64,000 nucleotides of DNA from Paecilomyces variotii (taxonomy: Eukaryota). The DNA lies in assembly GCA_004022145.1 (NCBI GenBank), contig RCNU01000001.1, one strand, 5' to 3'. Within the stretch, counting starts at the first letter, position 1, and every line of letters starts with the position of its first letter. The position numbers and the translations under genes were made by a program. Shown here in pieces: positions 12,130 through 25,281 of this stretch. The notes beneath the pieces were generated by a model, which did not search any database, was not told where the DNA came from, and worked only from the letters and a program-made list of their open reading frames with translations.

Positions 12130-13601
12130 ATGGCTCTGAACGCCTTGCTCCTGGCCCTGCTCACCGTCCTGCTTGCAGTAACGTACGGACCAGTAAGCCA
12201 TTATCTGACTGTCATTGGCGCCTGGAGACATCCGTCGCGCAGGGTGCTTGCAACAGACAGTGATCTAGTCAAAATCGAGGATACCATCATCTGTGAAGAT
12301 CTGCATCTCTATCATCCGACCAACACGCTGTTTTCCGCGTGTGAGGATGACTTCCACCGGAGATTTGGTTGGTTTCCCCCTCTGGGTAACTTCGAGAATC
12401 CACCTCAGTCAACAGAAGGGGGTGGTTCTATCCATATCATCGATCCTGAGGTATGTTCTCGGAGGAGGGATGGTCATGCTGGCGTTTGAATGAAACGGTC
12501 ACTGTGATTCGAGCGGCACGGATTGCCTATATACGGTAGCTTTGCAGCTCAGAAGATTGAACCCAGGCTAACGGAAATGCAAAACCGAACTGCAATATTG
12601 GCCTACAGACCAAGGTTTCCGCTCGTCTCGAATTTGAAAACTTCTCAGGCCCCCTTGTAACCCATGGCATTGATGTCGTGGCAGCTGATCCCAGTCGGCC
12701 GGATCACTCCGTCTATATCTTCGCGGTTAATCACCTTCCAAATCCTGACCTTTTCCGGAGTCGTCAGGATACGACTACCCCCAAGGCGCGGTCCCAAATA
12801 GAACTCTTCTACCACGTTCTCGGCTCGAAGTCAGTCAGACATGTGCGTTCAATATGGCATCCGCTGATCAGGACGCCTAACGACATCTATGCTGAAAATG
12901 CAACCTCTTTCTACGTCACAAACGACCACTTCTACCGAGACGGACTCCTTCGGCACATTGAAGATGTACTCCCTCTAGCTAGATGGTCCACGGCAATTCA
13001 TGTACAGATCGAACACGAGACTGTCTCGGCCCAGTCGTGTGACCAGGCCCCCGATGTGAAAGCAGGCATAGCTCTAACAGACATATTCAACAACAATGGG
13101 CTAGGGCATGGCCAAACGCATGATGAATGCCTTGTCACGAGTGCCGCGGGAGGCCTGCTATACCTCGGTCAGGCCTTGAACGGCCAAATAACTATCCGAG
13201 AAGTGATTCCTCTCGACTCTGTGGTTGACAACCCGAGTTATTTCTCGGATCCATTTGTCTCGCTCTCTGATGGCAGCAGTGACGCAAGCGGCTATATCGT
13301 CCCGGGACTTCCAAGAGCAGTGGACCTGCCTCTTCATAAAAGGGACCCCTCAGCTCAAGATGGCGCTCTGGTATGGCATGTAAAACCGTCCTCTGGTGCT
13401 CTCACGAATGCCAGCATCTCATCTGGTACAGGATGGGAAGCACGGATCCTGTTCGAAGATGACGGATCTATAATCCGTACAGCCAGTGCCGCTGTATTGG
13501 TGCCTATTGATCCAAAACGAGAAGGGGGAAGAAAAAGAGGCTGGCTTTTCGTAACGGGATTCCTGTCGGAGAATATAATTGCTGTCAAGGTTGACCTGTG
13601 A
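12130..13601 (+). CDS. Paraoxonase/arylesterase-like beta-propeller with N-terminal signal/anchor (437 aa)
   Basis: Exons 12130-12450 and 12609-13601. Motifs CEDL, THGIDV, VNHLPNP, RTPNDI, FYVTNDH, NNNGLGH and VDNPSY. Hydrophobic N-terminus. Confidence 0.85.
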
Positions 13602-14052
13602 AGAGGGCCATGAGTAACTGGAGAGACTTTAGGCGAGGGTTTTAAGATCGGTCGCAAAACGTTTACTTCTATGTGACGTGCTGGCGTAACAATAAACCTT
13701 CTGCTCACGAAGAGACGGCCAGGTCACTTTCTACATCGAACCGACAAAGATTCGAAGTGAGTTACGCAGATCAGTCCCAGGAATTCGCAAAACATACCAG
13801 CCACTTCTATCAGATGGCAATACAGTATAGGAGAAAGAAACATATAAGACAATGTCTTTAGATATCTTCATTTCTTATCTTTCCGTGTCCAAAATCGAGA
13901 TCTCGTGGAGAGTATAGGCGTCTTCCTAGATTCGGAGCTGAATCTAGAAGTGAAGAACATATCTATGGCCTTAGCCGCTCTTATATGTATAACACCAATT
14001 AGCCTGCCAACTGCAGGTACAGTACAAGCAAAGTGAGCATCAGACATTACAT

Positions 14053-17037
14053 TCAGACCTCGAACACTGGGACTACTCCCTTCCACTCATTCCTGGCCCT
14101 TTCGTCCCAGTATCCGTCCCTGCCGGTCTTCAGCCTCCAGACCGCTTCGTTGCCGTCCAGCCCATCAACTCGGGTGAACCATCTGGGCTTCCACTCATCG
14201 CCACGATCTTCCATATCGCGTCTCCGTGCGCGCTGTTTGTCTTCCAAGCGAACTTTCAGCTCCTCTGCTCTATCCAGATCCCCTTCTTCAAGTGCACGTT
14301 GATCTGGGCGGAGGCGGGAATCTGTTGCCGGGAGCCTTCCCTTCTCGATCGGCGTTATTTCGTTGAGCGAGGCAGCAAACGCCGTGAGGCCATAGTGTTT
14401 AGGGGCATGTTCGACAAGTGGACCGGCCGACCATATGGCCTTCTTGGTGGTAGCACCACGCTCTGTCAATACAAGGCTAGAAGGCCAGGAGCCAGTCAGG
14501 CCGAGAGGGAGCTCCTCGCCGTGAGGAGATAAAGCTTTCACACTGACTTCCTCGCTGCGACCTGAGAACATGCCACCCGCTTTGAATGTCGACACGGTTT
14601 TTTGACCGGTGGTCTCATTGACGACAGACATTTCACCAACTGGTTCTACGTACTTTTCACCTGCAATAATGTTACGGAGGAAGCAGGTTGCCGGAGTCCA
14701 GCTGAAACGGTCGCCGCTCGAATGCAGTATTAGTCTGATCTTGCCCTCAGTGATTATTTCGGCTGATTTACCCCAGAACTTCTGCGTCGGCATTGGTGAC
14801 TGTGCAAGACTCCAGTCTTTTGTCTCTGCTTGGTAGGCGAGCTGCACAGGACGGTGAGACACTTTCTCAGCAATGAAGCGGAAGCCGCGATCCTCACGGA
14901 TAAGCTCATATGTCTCTCCCAACATGGGATTGAAGGGCTTGCGAATCGCGCGCTCCTTCACTCGATTATTCGATAATGAGGCCAGGGCAAAGGCGGTCAC
15001 GTATAGTAGGCGTTCGAGTCCATCGCTACAATTAGCAGCCGTGTCCAATAGGTTCGAATATTCGAGATTTTCCGCAGCACGCTGGAGCAATGATAAGGGC
15101 TCGTTGGCAGAAACCGGCATCGAAATCTGTGACAAATCCTTCCCTACATTTTTCCGCAGAAAGCCAATGAGACTCGGAGGAAGGACTGTAGGTGCTGGTA
15201 TATTTGTCCTTCGTTTCACGCTATTCAGAGGTAAAGGTGCAAGGGACTTTGGCTTTGCAGGGAACAGGGATGACAGATGGTCAAGTTTGGAGCCATTTGG
15301 AGCATCGATATCGTCCACTTCGCTACCAGACAGTGAGTCGTTATCGGCCATGTTCTCGTCTCCGCTCTTTCCTGCCTCGTCTTCACTGTCTCGCTGTATG
15401 GTTAGAAGAGGAGAGACTTCACCACCGTCCGTGGCGTCAAAAAATTCCTGTGAGATATCCGACTCCATACTCATCCGTGACTGCGCCACGAGACTGGCAG
15501 GGTTTCGTCGCTGTTTGCTCTGCTCCAACAGAACCGTAAACTCCGCAACCACGTCGTCGAGGTCTCGAAGCACGGCCATGAGATTGTCATGGATCGGGTT
15601 CTCATGGTCAGATTGACTGGCAATGCTCCTGGGCTTTCTCTCGCCGGTGACGGAAGCAGAATCAGACACTGGCGTCGGGACAGCGAGCTGGGACGTCGCT
15701 ACATTGCGCTTAGGTGCCACCTGAGCATTGTTGCTAGGTTTGCGTTTCCAGAATGACCGCCTCTCCTTTGAATCAAGGTAGTCTTCGCCGCCGTTCGTCT
15801 CCGAAGATCCAGGATGCGGGCTGGGCGAGCGATTCCGGGGTCGCTCACCGGGGGAAACCACTGCCGTATTCGAATACTTGGGGTCGGTGTCTTTTGCCAA
15901 CCGTCTCACAGCATCCCTTGTTCCTGATAGCTTGCTCACCAGATTCTCCGCCTGCATCCATTCGCGTTCCTCAGCGGCACTAATCGGCGCCTTGTACGAT
16001 GCGCGGGAAGGCACACGAAGCAGGTGATCAGATTGTCTTTCTTCACTTGCTGGCTTGGACGCTTTTTCCAGAGCACGTTTCCAGGAGGAGAAGTCCTGGT
16101 CGTTACTAGCACGGAGATGCCAGATCTCAGCTCCAGAGTCAATAGAGATCTCCCGTGTCTCTGCGTTCGCAGCCACTGCTGCTAAAGTAAGTGGAATAGC
16201 GCCGCGCAAAGCGGACGAGTTACGGTTATGGTAGTAGGACAACGTAGAAGTTGCGAAGTCCAGGGAGAAGAACCTCCTAGCCCAGCCCTGATGTCGCTTC
16301 CGTCGCCGCTTATGAAGGATTCCAGTATGAACTGTGGCGGGGAAGGGATTGTCGGAATCTGCACTCTGGGGTGGGCGTTTAGTATTTCCCCCTGGCACCG
16401 AGCGGCCCCAGGACCGGGTATGTCTCAAGGACTCTATCGATTCACCCGCCACCGATTTGGCCCCTGGCGGCCCGTTGGAACTAGCACCGGCTAGAGCTTG
16501 TGAATGATGCACATGGTGGGCGGATTGAGGTGGTGTCGCCGTTGGATACGTGAGCAAGACGAAGGTGGCCGTCTTGGAGATCTGTTTGGAGAAGGTGTTG
16601 TCGAACACCAGGGCATAGTTCCCTCCTTCGTCCGTTGGCACATCATAAGTCCCTTGAGATATTTTATCCGCTTCGCATTTTCCAATCCATTGAATGGGTT
16701 TTAATCCAATAGCTGTGAGCTTTTCCACCACTGACGACACGTTCTGGCGCGGACCTGCGCTGGACATGGCAGGCGTTTCGTTTCCGTCGCTGCTGTGTGC
16801 ACCGGAAACGGGGAGGTGCGGCGTCTGACCAGCAGCATGGCCAGGATGCTTGAAGATGCCGAAGTTGAGCGACTTCTTATGAGGCTGGATACTCCAGGAA
16901 ATTGTATGCTCCGCCTTGACGTGAACCCAGCGTACCAGGTAGGACTATCCCCGCGGTCAGAATCGCCCTCTCCGGCCACGCAGCTACTCTCGTTGACGTA
17001 CCTTGCTGTGTATCTCGAGCTCTTCCATGCCAGCCAT
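14053..17037 (-). CDS. OSH3: Oxysterol-binding protein Osh3/OshC (GOLD-PH-FFAT-ORD, 975 aa)
   Basis: Exon 1 17037-17002 (MAGMEELEIHSK), intron 17001-16945, exon 2 16944-14053. GOLD motif YALVFDNTFSK, PH motif KRRRKRHQGWARRFF, FFAT motif EFFDATD, ORD motifs KPFNPMLGETYE and EKVSHRP. Confidence 0.93.
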
Positions 17038-17393
17038 GGCGCAAATCGGCCGTCACGTTCTTTGAAGATGCCGTTGCTGAATTGGCAGCAGCTGTCCTCC
17101 GAGGAGCAGCTGGCAAGCTTAGGGGGAGTTCACGTACCAACTAGTAAACGTCGTCGCTGGACCAACGCGGTGGATGCAGGGCTGACTGTCCACGAAGCGC
17201 TGAGGCTAGCGACGAGGGTCATGGATAGAGATGAACGCAATGGGATTCCTGGTAGTGCCACTGTCGCAGATGGCGGGGATCGTGATACGAAGCTGAACTG
17301 GTAAGCCTGACTGACTCCGGGCGGTAACTAACGGCGACAAACCTCGGCCCGTGACGGAGGCTAAAATCACGGACTATCTTAAGAGTATATGAT

Positions 17394-17421
17394 TATGGAC
17401 TGTGGACTATGGACTATGGAC
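17394..17421. repeat. 7-bp tandem repeat (TATGGAC) x4, one copy imperfect
   Basis: tatggac tgtggac tatggac tatggac, upstream of OSH3. Confidence 0.7.
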
Positions 17422-17859
17422 TGCATGGCACATGCATGCCCTTGCTTGCGATCGTCTCGCGCGAGTCATCCAGATCTCTAGCTCAAGACGGTGTTTGGCT
17501 ATACCTCGTCCTCGTCCGCCCAGGATACATGATTGTCATACGCACATCGACAGATGGTGTTTTTAAGAGAATCATGAACTGTTCTGATCCCTTTTTTTTT
17601 TCCAGGCTCAATAGCAATGCGTCCCAAACACTGGAACAAGACTATCTGCAATCACATGAAAGTGGGGAAAGGCCTCAGAGCACTCATACATCGCCAGTTG
17701 CTGAAAAGGAGCTGCGCCTAAAGAGAGAACACGGTATATGCCCTTCCATGAAATACCATCAAGAGAATTAGAAATAGCAAAAGCAAAACAAAACAGGTTA
17801 GAGTACAGGACAGCTCGTGTCAGTCTCCTTCACCGCTCGGTGTAGGGTTTCACAAACAT

Positions 17860-20800
17860 CTACCGTCGTTTCCCGGCCTGCATGTTCGTGAACAACAACT
17901 TGAAGCCATTACACAACGCTCGCATATCTGGATAAGGGTTCCGCTGCAGCTCATAGCCCTGCGGGATCACCTTGACGGGCCAGCTGTGTAGCATCGCATT
18001 CTGGCCGGCCTTGAAGCAGAGATAGAAGTAGCCGGGATATTTCGGGTTGATGCAGAAGGCGTAGACGGATCGCTTTGGGTTCGCTTCAGTATACGTGGTC
18101 AACCAGCGCTCTGTCGCTCACACGTTAGTATTTGGAGACTCCCTGGATAGAACACTGTGGATGACTCACCAGTGTCGCTCTTGCTCCCACTCTGGTACTT
18201 TTCGTGCAGCATCATCTCGTCAACCTTCTTCGCCATAGCCTTGACATGGTTCACGATCAACTCATCGAGATCACTGTAGGTATAGCGACCACCAATCTTG
18301 AGCGTCCGGCCGACTGAGAACTCGTTTTCTTTGTCCAGTTCCAGGACATCTATATGTTGGTAGATTCCATCAGAAACCTTCCAGGTGACAGCCAAATGGT
18401 CTGGGCCCTTGGACGAGGGCCGGATCACAACATCCCCGCGACTCTGGGTACCCAGGAACTCCTCCGCCTGCGCTGCATTGAATGGGCGAAAAAGTGGATG
18501 TTTGATGACACGCATCACCCGGCCGCCGACCTGGGTCTTCTCCTCCATCAGTTCCTTATCCTGCTGTTCCTGGCGGTCGTCCCACTCCCCTCGCATATGA
18601 TCCATGGGCTTGCGGTAGGGCCGGCTGACTTGCTCTTCACGAAGCGATACATTGGCTGTGAAGTTCTTCCGGTTGAGATACAGAATCTTCGCCTGCACTG
18701 TCTGGTGAACTGAGAATAAGCTCTTAACCGGCACATCATATCGATCCGTGAGCTCCATCTCTGGAACCAATGCGTCAATGCCACAGTCTAGCTTCCCGTC
18801 GATATGATCGTCTGTGATCCTCTTAATGGATATAGGCACCACCATCCCCTCAGCAAGCGTGCTCGAGGTCTCGCCGGTAAACATGGTGAAGATATCATCG
18901 GTGCTTAAGAAAACGAACTGTTTTCGCAGTTCTTCGTACGGTTGTTGCAACTCAGCCCTGATAGTCTCCAAGGTAGCCCGCTTTCGCTGATTGAGATTTT
19001 TCTCGAGTTGCTCCGCATACTCCTCGAGAATAAGATCGTTGACTCGGTCCTGGGCCTCTTCCTTGAACAATTTCCGAACAATAGCTCCGGGACCGTTCTC
19101 GTCTGTTTCCGCCTTGATATCCTCTTCGTCAAGCTCGAGAGCATCCGCAGCCATCTTCCGGGCGATATCGTAGTCTTCTGGGTGTACACGCGTGTTGTCT
19201 AGTGGATCCGCATCGTTGTCGGCATTTTCGTAGTCGATGTAAAGGAAGCTGGCACAGTTATTCCAAACTTTAACCCCCATTGCTGGGTACTGCGCGTTGA
19301 CGCCGAGAAGCTCTACGCGCCCGTTCACAACCCCACCGTTCATGTTAATGATCTTCAACAGATGCTCAGCTTTTCGAGGGCCGAGACCACAAATGTACGG
19401 AAGCAGGTTGGCGGCGGACGTATCGCTAACCGCTTCATTGATATCGACGCCCACGAGATTAACCATGTCAATCAGAGCACTTTCCAGTTGCTTGATCAGA
19501 AGCTCCTGAGATACAAGCTGTTGGCCGGGTTTAAACTGGATGGAGATGATATCCCGACCCAGGGAAGCATATTCCTTCAGAGGACTCTGGAGATAATGCG
19601 CCAGCGCGACGCAGTAATGTGTTAGGGGGGTGAATCCAGGATGCTCTAATCTCGCTCGATCACTGTGTTGATACAATCGGGCGACCTCATCATTGACAAT
19701 AACAACCTCCAAGCGATCACTCACTTCTTCGTCGCGGTCGTCAGTGTAGGAAGCCCCACGGAGATCACTTTTGTCGATGAGATCGGTAAGTTGTCTGTAC
19801 AACTTCCGTGTCTCTGGCGAGAAACCTGAGATTCCAATAACGTCAGGCTTCCTTCTTTGAACGAGCTCCACAAAGGCCTCCACATCTTTCCCGTCGGAAA
19901 TGTTGCGGTCTTTGTCGCCAACAGAGAGGTCGGTGAACTTCCCATTTTCGAGTACACGGCCGTCTTCCTCAACCCAAGCCCAGTTAATTGGATCCTTACC
20001 GATGATACCAGATCCATTTGACAAGGCCAGAACGCGAGGCACCGTACCAAGTACCATACCCTTGGGTTTATATGGGGCCTGGTCCAACCGCAACGAGAAA
20101 GCTTCTCGGCATTCCTTCGCAACGTGAATCTCGCATTCCTGCCGAATATTCTCCTTCACGCTACGGCTCATCAGCTTCTCTAACTTGGACAGGGCTGCAT
20201 CAAGCACGCTCCGTCGCTCCCTGTTCCAGGCATCGGCGATCTCGCTGAAGTTATCAGATTCGATATCGGAGTAGAGGCGTCGCCGGAAGTTGTCGAAGTT
20301 CTCAAAACGAACCTTCACCTCAACCAGACCCTCCTCTTCGGCTTTGAGCATTCGCAGGTACAGTTCTGGACGCCGGGCAATATCACTAAGTTGCTGGTTC
20401 CGCAGGTATTTGAACTCGTAGTACGGATGTTGCTCATCAATCCGACGGAGACCTTTCTCGGTGCGGAAACACTCAACGACTCCATTCATATAGTAGGCCT
20501 GCCTGATCACCTTGCGCATCTTTGGGCTCATCACCAGTTCCTCGGCGAACATAGTCTTTGCAGCTTTTAGAGCATGGGACGAATTGGTGAAGTCAGAATC
20601 AAGCATACTGTCAGCCATTTCCTCGGGGCGCTCGCTAGGGTCTTCGGTGTACTGCCGTCGGCCTTCCTTGAGTGCATTCTGAGCGAAGGCATCCGCTGAG
20701 ATACCGAACGCTCGAACCAGCCCGTAGGCCTTACTGTTCCTAACACGTTCGAAAAAGGTCTTGGCTGTAGTCTTCCGCCGCTGGGCACCTTCACCGTTCG

Positions 20801-22300
20801 CCCGCGTTCCATTCTCCGTCACGGCCATGTCCTTCAGCTGCGACGAGTACTGAAAATGGATATGATCTTGTAGATCCTGGAGCTCTTCCATGGTCACTGC
20901 CGCCGGAAGCATCTCCTCAAAGACACTATCCTGCACGTTAAACAGACTCTGGAGATTATCATACGTCTTCTGCACAGCATTTCGCTTGTCGATCAGAGCT
21001 TTGAATTTCAAGTCGTAGTCAAAGATGTCCCATAGATCCGTCATATTCAACAGCTTCTCGGCCTTGATCGTATATTGAGGAGCGTCTGGATTGGACGGAT
21101 CTGGTGTTACTGGTACCTTGGCAGCATGAATCAGATAGTCTTTGCGGTGTTGAAAGATGAACGGAACCTCCCAGTCATCGGTCGTCATAAACTCCAGAAC
21201 TTTAGCAATAGAACGCTGAAACGGCTCTCGCAACTCGGGTTCGATACGTTTTTTAAGCAGCATCAGATTTGAGATCCAGACTGCCTCCTCCCGGAATTGC
21301 TCTTCGCTGAGGACCACGTGGCGATACGGCTTCCGTGCGAGTTGATGCCGTTCGGGCTCATCCTGCAGACGGATCTCATTGTCTTCCTCCGTCAACATCT
21401 TCTCCGCTAGCTGCGACGGCTCGAAGACGTCTTTCAGGTCGAGATGCTTTTCCTCGTCTTCCTCTTGCTCTTCCTCCTCCTCTTCCATCTCGAGCGCGAA
21501 TTGATACTCGTTTCCATCGCCGAAGGCCATGCGCATGTCCTCAAGAGCATTTTCGTCTAATCCTGTTGCGTCGGTAACACCGGGTCCGGACACACCCCTC
21601 CTCGCAGGACGCGCCACCTCCTCATCTTCACGTCCAACCTGACCTTCTTCGTCGGAGAAGACATCCTCCTCGATGAAGTCACCCATGTCATCATGCATGC
21701 CCCTCCGACCATGGCCAGGCCTTCCGTAGTCTACCTCTTCCTCTTCGTCGGACTTGAAGATATCGTCTATTCCCTGGGAGGGCTGACGATCCCGATCCTT
21801 GTGGCCGCGTTTCAGACGTTTGAATTTAGACTATAGCAGGGAGACCCCGTATAAATCAGCTCTGTTCAGATAGAATCGAAGCATTCGCACATAGGCCTAC
21901 CTCTGTCGCGGCTGGAGCCTGGAACTCGGGGTTGTGCTCTCCGATCAGGTACAGATCTTCCTCGTCCAGATGCTCGTCTTCTCGCTCCCGTTCTTCTCGT
22001 CGACGTTTCCTTTTCTCCCGTCTGCTGCGGGTACGTTCCTCGATCTCTTCATCCTCGTCGACAATGAAACCTTCGCGGACCTTGAGCAGTAGCTCATTAG
22101 CAGGATGAACATGCAGTGGAGGGTTTCAGGGGCGGTACTGCGCGGGCGGCTTCTTCATCATCCTCGTCCTCTTCTTCATCACTGGAATCATCGTAGCGGC
22201 CGTTCGTTCCGGCACCCTCTTTGACCTCTTCATCGAAGGACTCTTCGTTGTCCTCCTCGTCCAGCAAGGCTTCGCCTTCTATGAGGTCGTGCGTACTCAT
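17860..22300 (-). CDS. SPT6: Transcription elongation factor/histone chaperone Spt6 (1417 aa)
   Basis: Exons 22300-22139, 22080-21901, 21830-18170 and 18110-17860. Acidic N-terminus, [12 protein letters not shown], HhH motif [23 protein letters not shown]1 domain and tandem SH2 (HPLFRPFN...VIRPSSKG). Confidence 0.97.
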
Positions 22301-23489
22301 GGTAACGGGCAAGGAAGGGGAAACCAAGGGATAAAAGAGAATGAAACCAAAGGGGGAACGAGAGAAATCAAATGAGATATGATGGAGAGTCGGCAGTGGC
22401 TGGATGGAGGCAGGACGAGGTTGAAATGAAGAGGCGCGTCCGGACAGTTCTAATTATTAGTTTGAAGCTGCTCTGGTCTTTTGCAGAGGCGCGCTTTCCC
22501 GTGGCGAGACCGGAGGCTGGGCGGTGGCTGGTGCTGTGTGTGGCTGGTGCTCAGGAGAAGTACTTTACTATGTATGTACATGTACATACATTATTATTAT
22601 GATTAGTTACTCCTGTACTGAATTAATCATGGCCTTGTTTCCTGTTTAATAATGTCTCTTGGCAGCCTGTTAGTTAGTTATGATAGAATAATCATCAGCA
22701 GTAGTTAATTCACCACGAGGGGAGTCCAGCTTCAACGGTTAGTTAACTAGGTACCTAGGTAGCTGGCAAGTCATTTTCTTTTCTTCTAACTAAATGCTAG
22801 TTACCAGATACAGATCATACAATAATAATAATAATTATAATATATCAGCCGTGCCCTATTAATCTTCTTTGCTGTCGCCTCCCTCTACGCTCGGTCCAAA
22901 CGACGTTCTGCTACACCAAAACCCCACCAGCAAAGTCACGGCCACTGTCCTTGTCCGCAGCACCCCATCCAAGTTTCAGGACAGCGCCAGAGACTACGCA
23001 ACTTCACTTTCCCCGAGCTGCCAGACAACCATCTCTCTTGATGTGCCCTCCTCTCTGTCCCATGCCAGGACGATTGAGCTGAGCTCGACTGTTGACCGTA
23101 CTTCCATCCTGGTCGTCCAGTTCCCGTTCGGCTCTCGACTTCTCCGCCCCTGGCCGTCCTCCGTGGCACCGTTAGTATCTGTGCTCACTGCCAGGATTAT
23201 CGACGCCTCCTCCGTTTCTGTTCCTTCTTTCTCTCATCCCCCTCCCCCTCCCTGAGTCCTCTGTGAATCGGGCTCTCTTTGCAACAGCCCAGGGAAAAGC
23301 AGAGGAAGATTACCAGAGACCGCGGTGGTGATCTACGATTCTCCGCCCGCCGAAGTCTGACCATCTATAGGGAGTTTGTAGCCGGAATCCAGAGCTGTCT
23401 CTTGCCTGCTGCACATTGACCTCTTCCATCCTCCTTATATCGGTCTCATCCCACTACCTCTCGGGGTTGTATTCCCTCAGCTGGTCACT

Positions 23490-25281
23490 ATGACGGACCC
23501 ATTCAAAGCGCGAACGCTGAAGCGTAAGAATGTGAAGGGTCTGGCCCTGAATGCAACTCCCAAAGCCGCCTCCAAACCGTCAGACGGTGATGCGCAGATT
23601 CCGGGCGCCATCGGAAATCTGGATAGTCACCGGACAGATACTCTCGAGATCGGACTGGAATTCAAATTGGATCTGCGCAGCGAGGACTTGGTCCCCCTGA
23701 AGGAAGTGGGTGCGGGAAATGGTGGCACGGTCTCGAAAGTGATGCACGCTTCCACCAAGGTCGTAATGGCCAGAAAGGTAGCTAGCTCCCTTGGACCTGG
23801 ATCTTGCGGATGGTTTATGGCTTTTCAAGTGGCTGACCTGTGATGTTCTCGATGTAGATCATCCGCGTCGATGCGAAAGAGAACGTGCGGAAACAGATTT
23901 TGCGAGAACTTCAAGTGGGCCACGACTGTAACTCGCCATATATTGTCACATTCTACGGCGCTTTCCAGAACGAGGCCAGGGATATCGTCTTATGTATGGA
24001 ATATATGGACTGTGGGTAGGTTGGCGACCTCTGGTCTCTCAAGAGACCTTGATACAGTGCGGCTGACGCTGACTTTGACAAGCTCTCTAGACCGGATTTC
24101 CAAGGACTTCGGGCCTGTCCGCGTTGATGTCCTGGGCAAGATCACGGAGTCCATATTAGCAGGCTTAGTCTACCTTTACGAGACACACCGCATCATGCAT
24201 AGAGACATCAAGCCGTCCAACGTACTGGTCAATTCCCGCGGGAACATCAAACTCTGCGACTTCGGAGTTGCTACGGAGACAGTTAACTCGATTGCTGATA
24301 CCTTTGTCGGCACATCGACTTACATGGCGCCGGAACGGATCCAGGGAGGTGCTTATACAGTGCGTTCTGACGTGTGGAGCGTTGGTTTGACTGTAATGGA
24401 GCTGGCTGTGGGACGTTTTCCGTTCGATGCAAGCGACTCGTCTGCTGGAGACAGAGCAAGTGCTGGCCCGATGGGTATATTGGATCTGCTTCAGCAGATC
24501 GTCCATGAGCCCGCGCCCAAGCTGCCGAAGAGCGACGCCTTCCCCCAGATTCTACATGATTTTGTCGCCAAATGCCTATTGAAGAAACCCGAGGAGAGAC
24601 CGACTCCCCGGGAACTCTATGTAAGTTTACCGTATGCATACTCTACTGGCCCATGTCCCTAACATATGTGAACAGGATAAGGATGCTTTTCTGCAGGCAG
24701 CAAAGCGGACCCCGGTTGACCTCCAGGAATGGGCTGTCAGTATGATGGAAAAACATAACAGGAAGTCTTATCTTGCTCCACCTGCACCGAAGTCACTCAA
24801 CCGGGATGGGTCTAGAAATTCAAGCTCTACACCGAAGCCTCCAGGTGCAACGACCGGCACATCTTCCCATCCACCGTCACATCCTACCCCCACCTCTGGC
24901 GACATCCCGCTCAACATTGCGAGCGAGTCTTCTGCAAATGGATACTACAATTCCGATCCCGCGTCCGCTCCTAATTCGATGAAGTCAACTCGTGCTGCTC
25001 TGGAACACTTGTCGCTCGAAACTCGTGATAGCCACGGCAGTCACACCGGTCGTTCATCTCGCTCCTATCGGGGTGATGCTCTTTCTGCTGAATCCCCTTC
25101 GCGTCCTAATCTGGGTTCTCGATCATCAAGCTCTCATAGCCCATCTGCATCGTCGGGATTGCACGCTGCGATGCTCCCGACGCGAGCTGCGCAGAACGCA
25201 TCATTTCCCGTGCCCCTGGCATCCACAGGCGGATCGCTGAGAGACCATTCAGGGCGTACCCGTGGTGAAAACGCGGCTTAA
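23490..25281 (+). CDS. STE7: MAP kinase kinase Ste7/MkkB (529 aa)
   Basis: Exons 23490-23777, 23858-24015, 24083-24620 and 24676-25281. MAPK docking site [27 protein letters not shown] and DFG...[18 protein letters not shown]. Confidence 0.96.
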
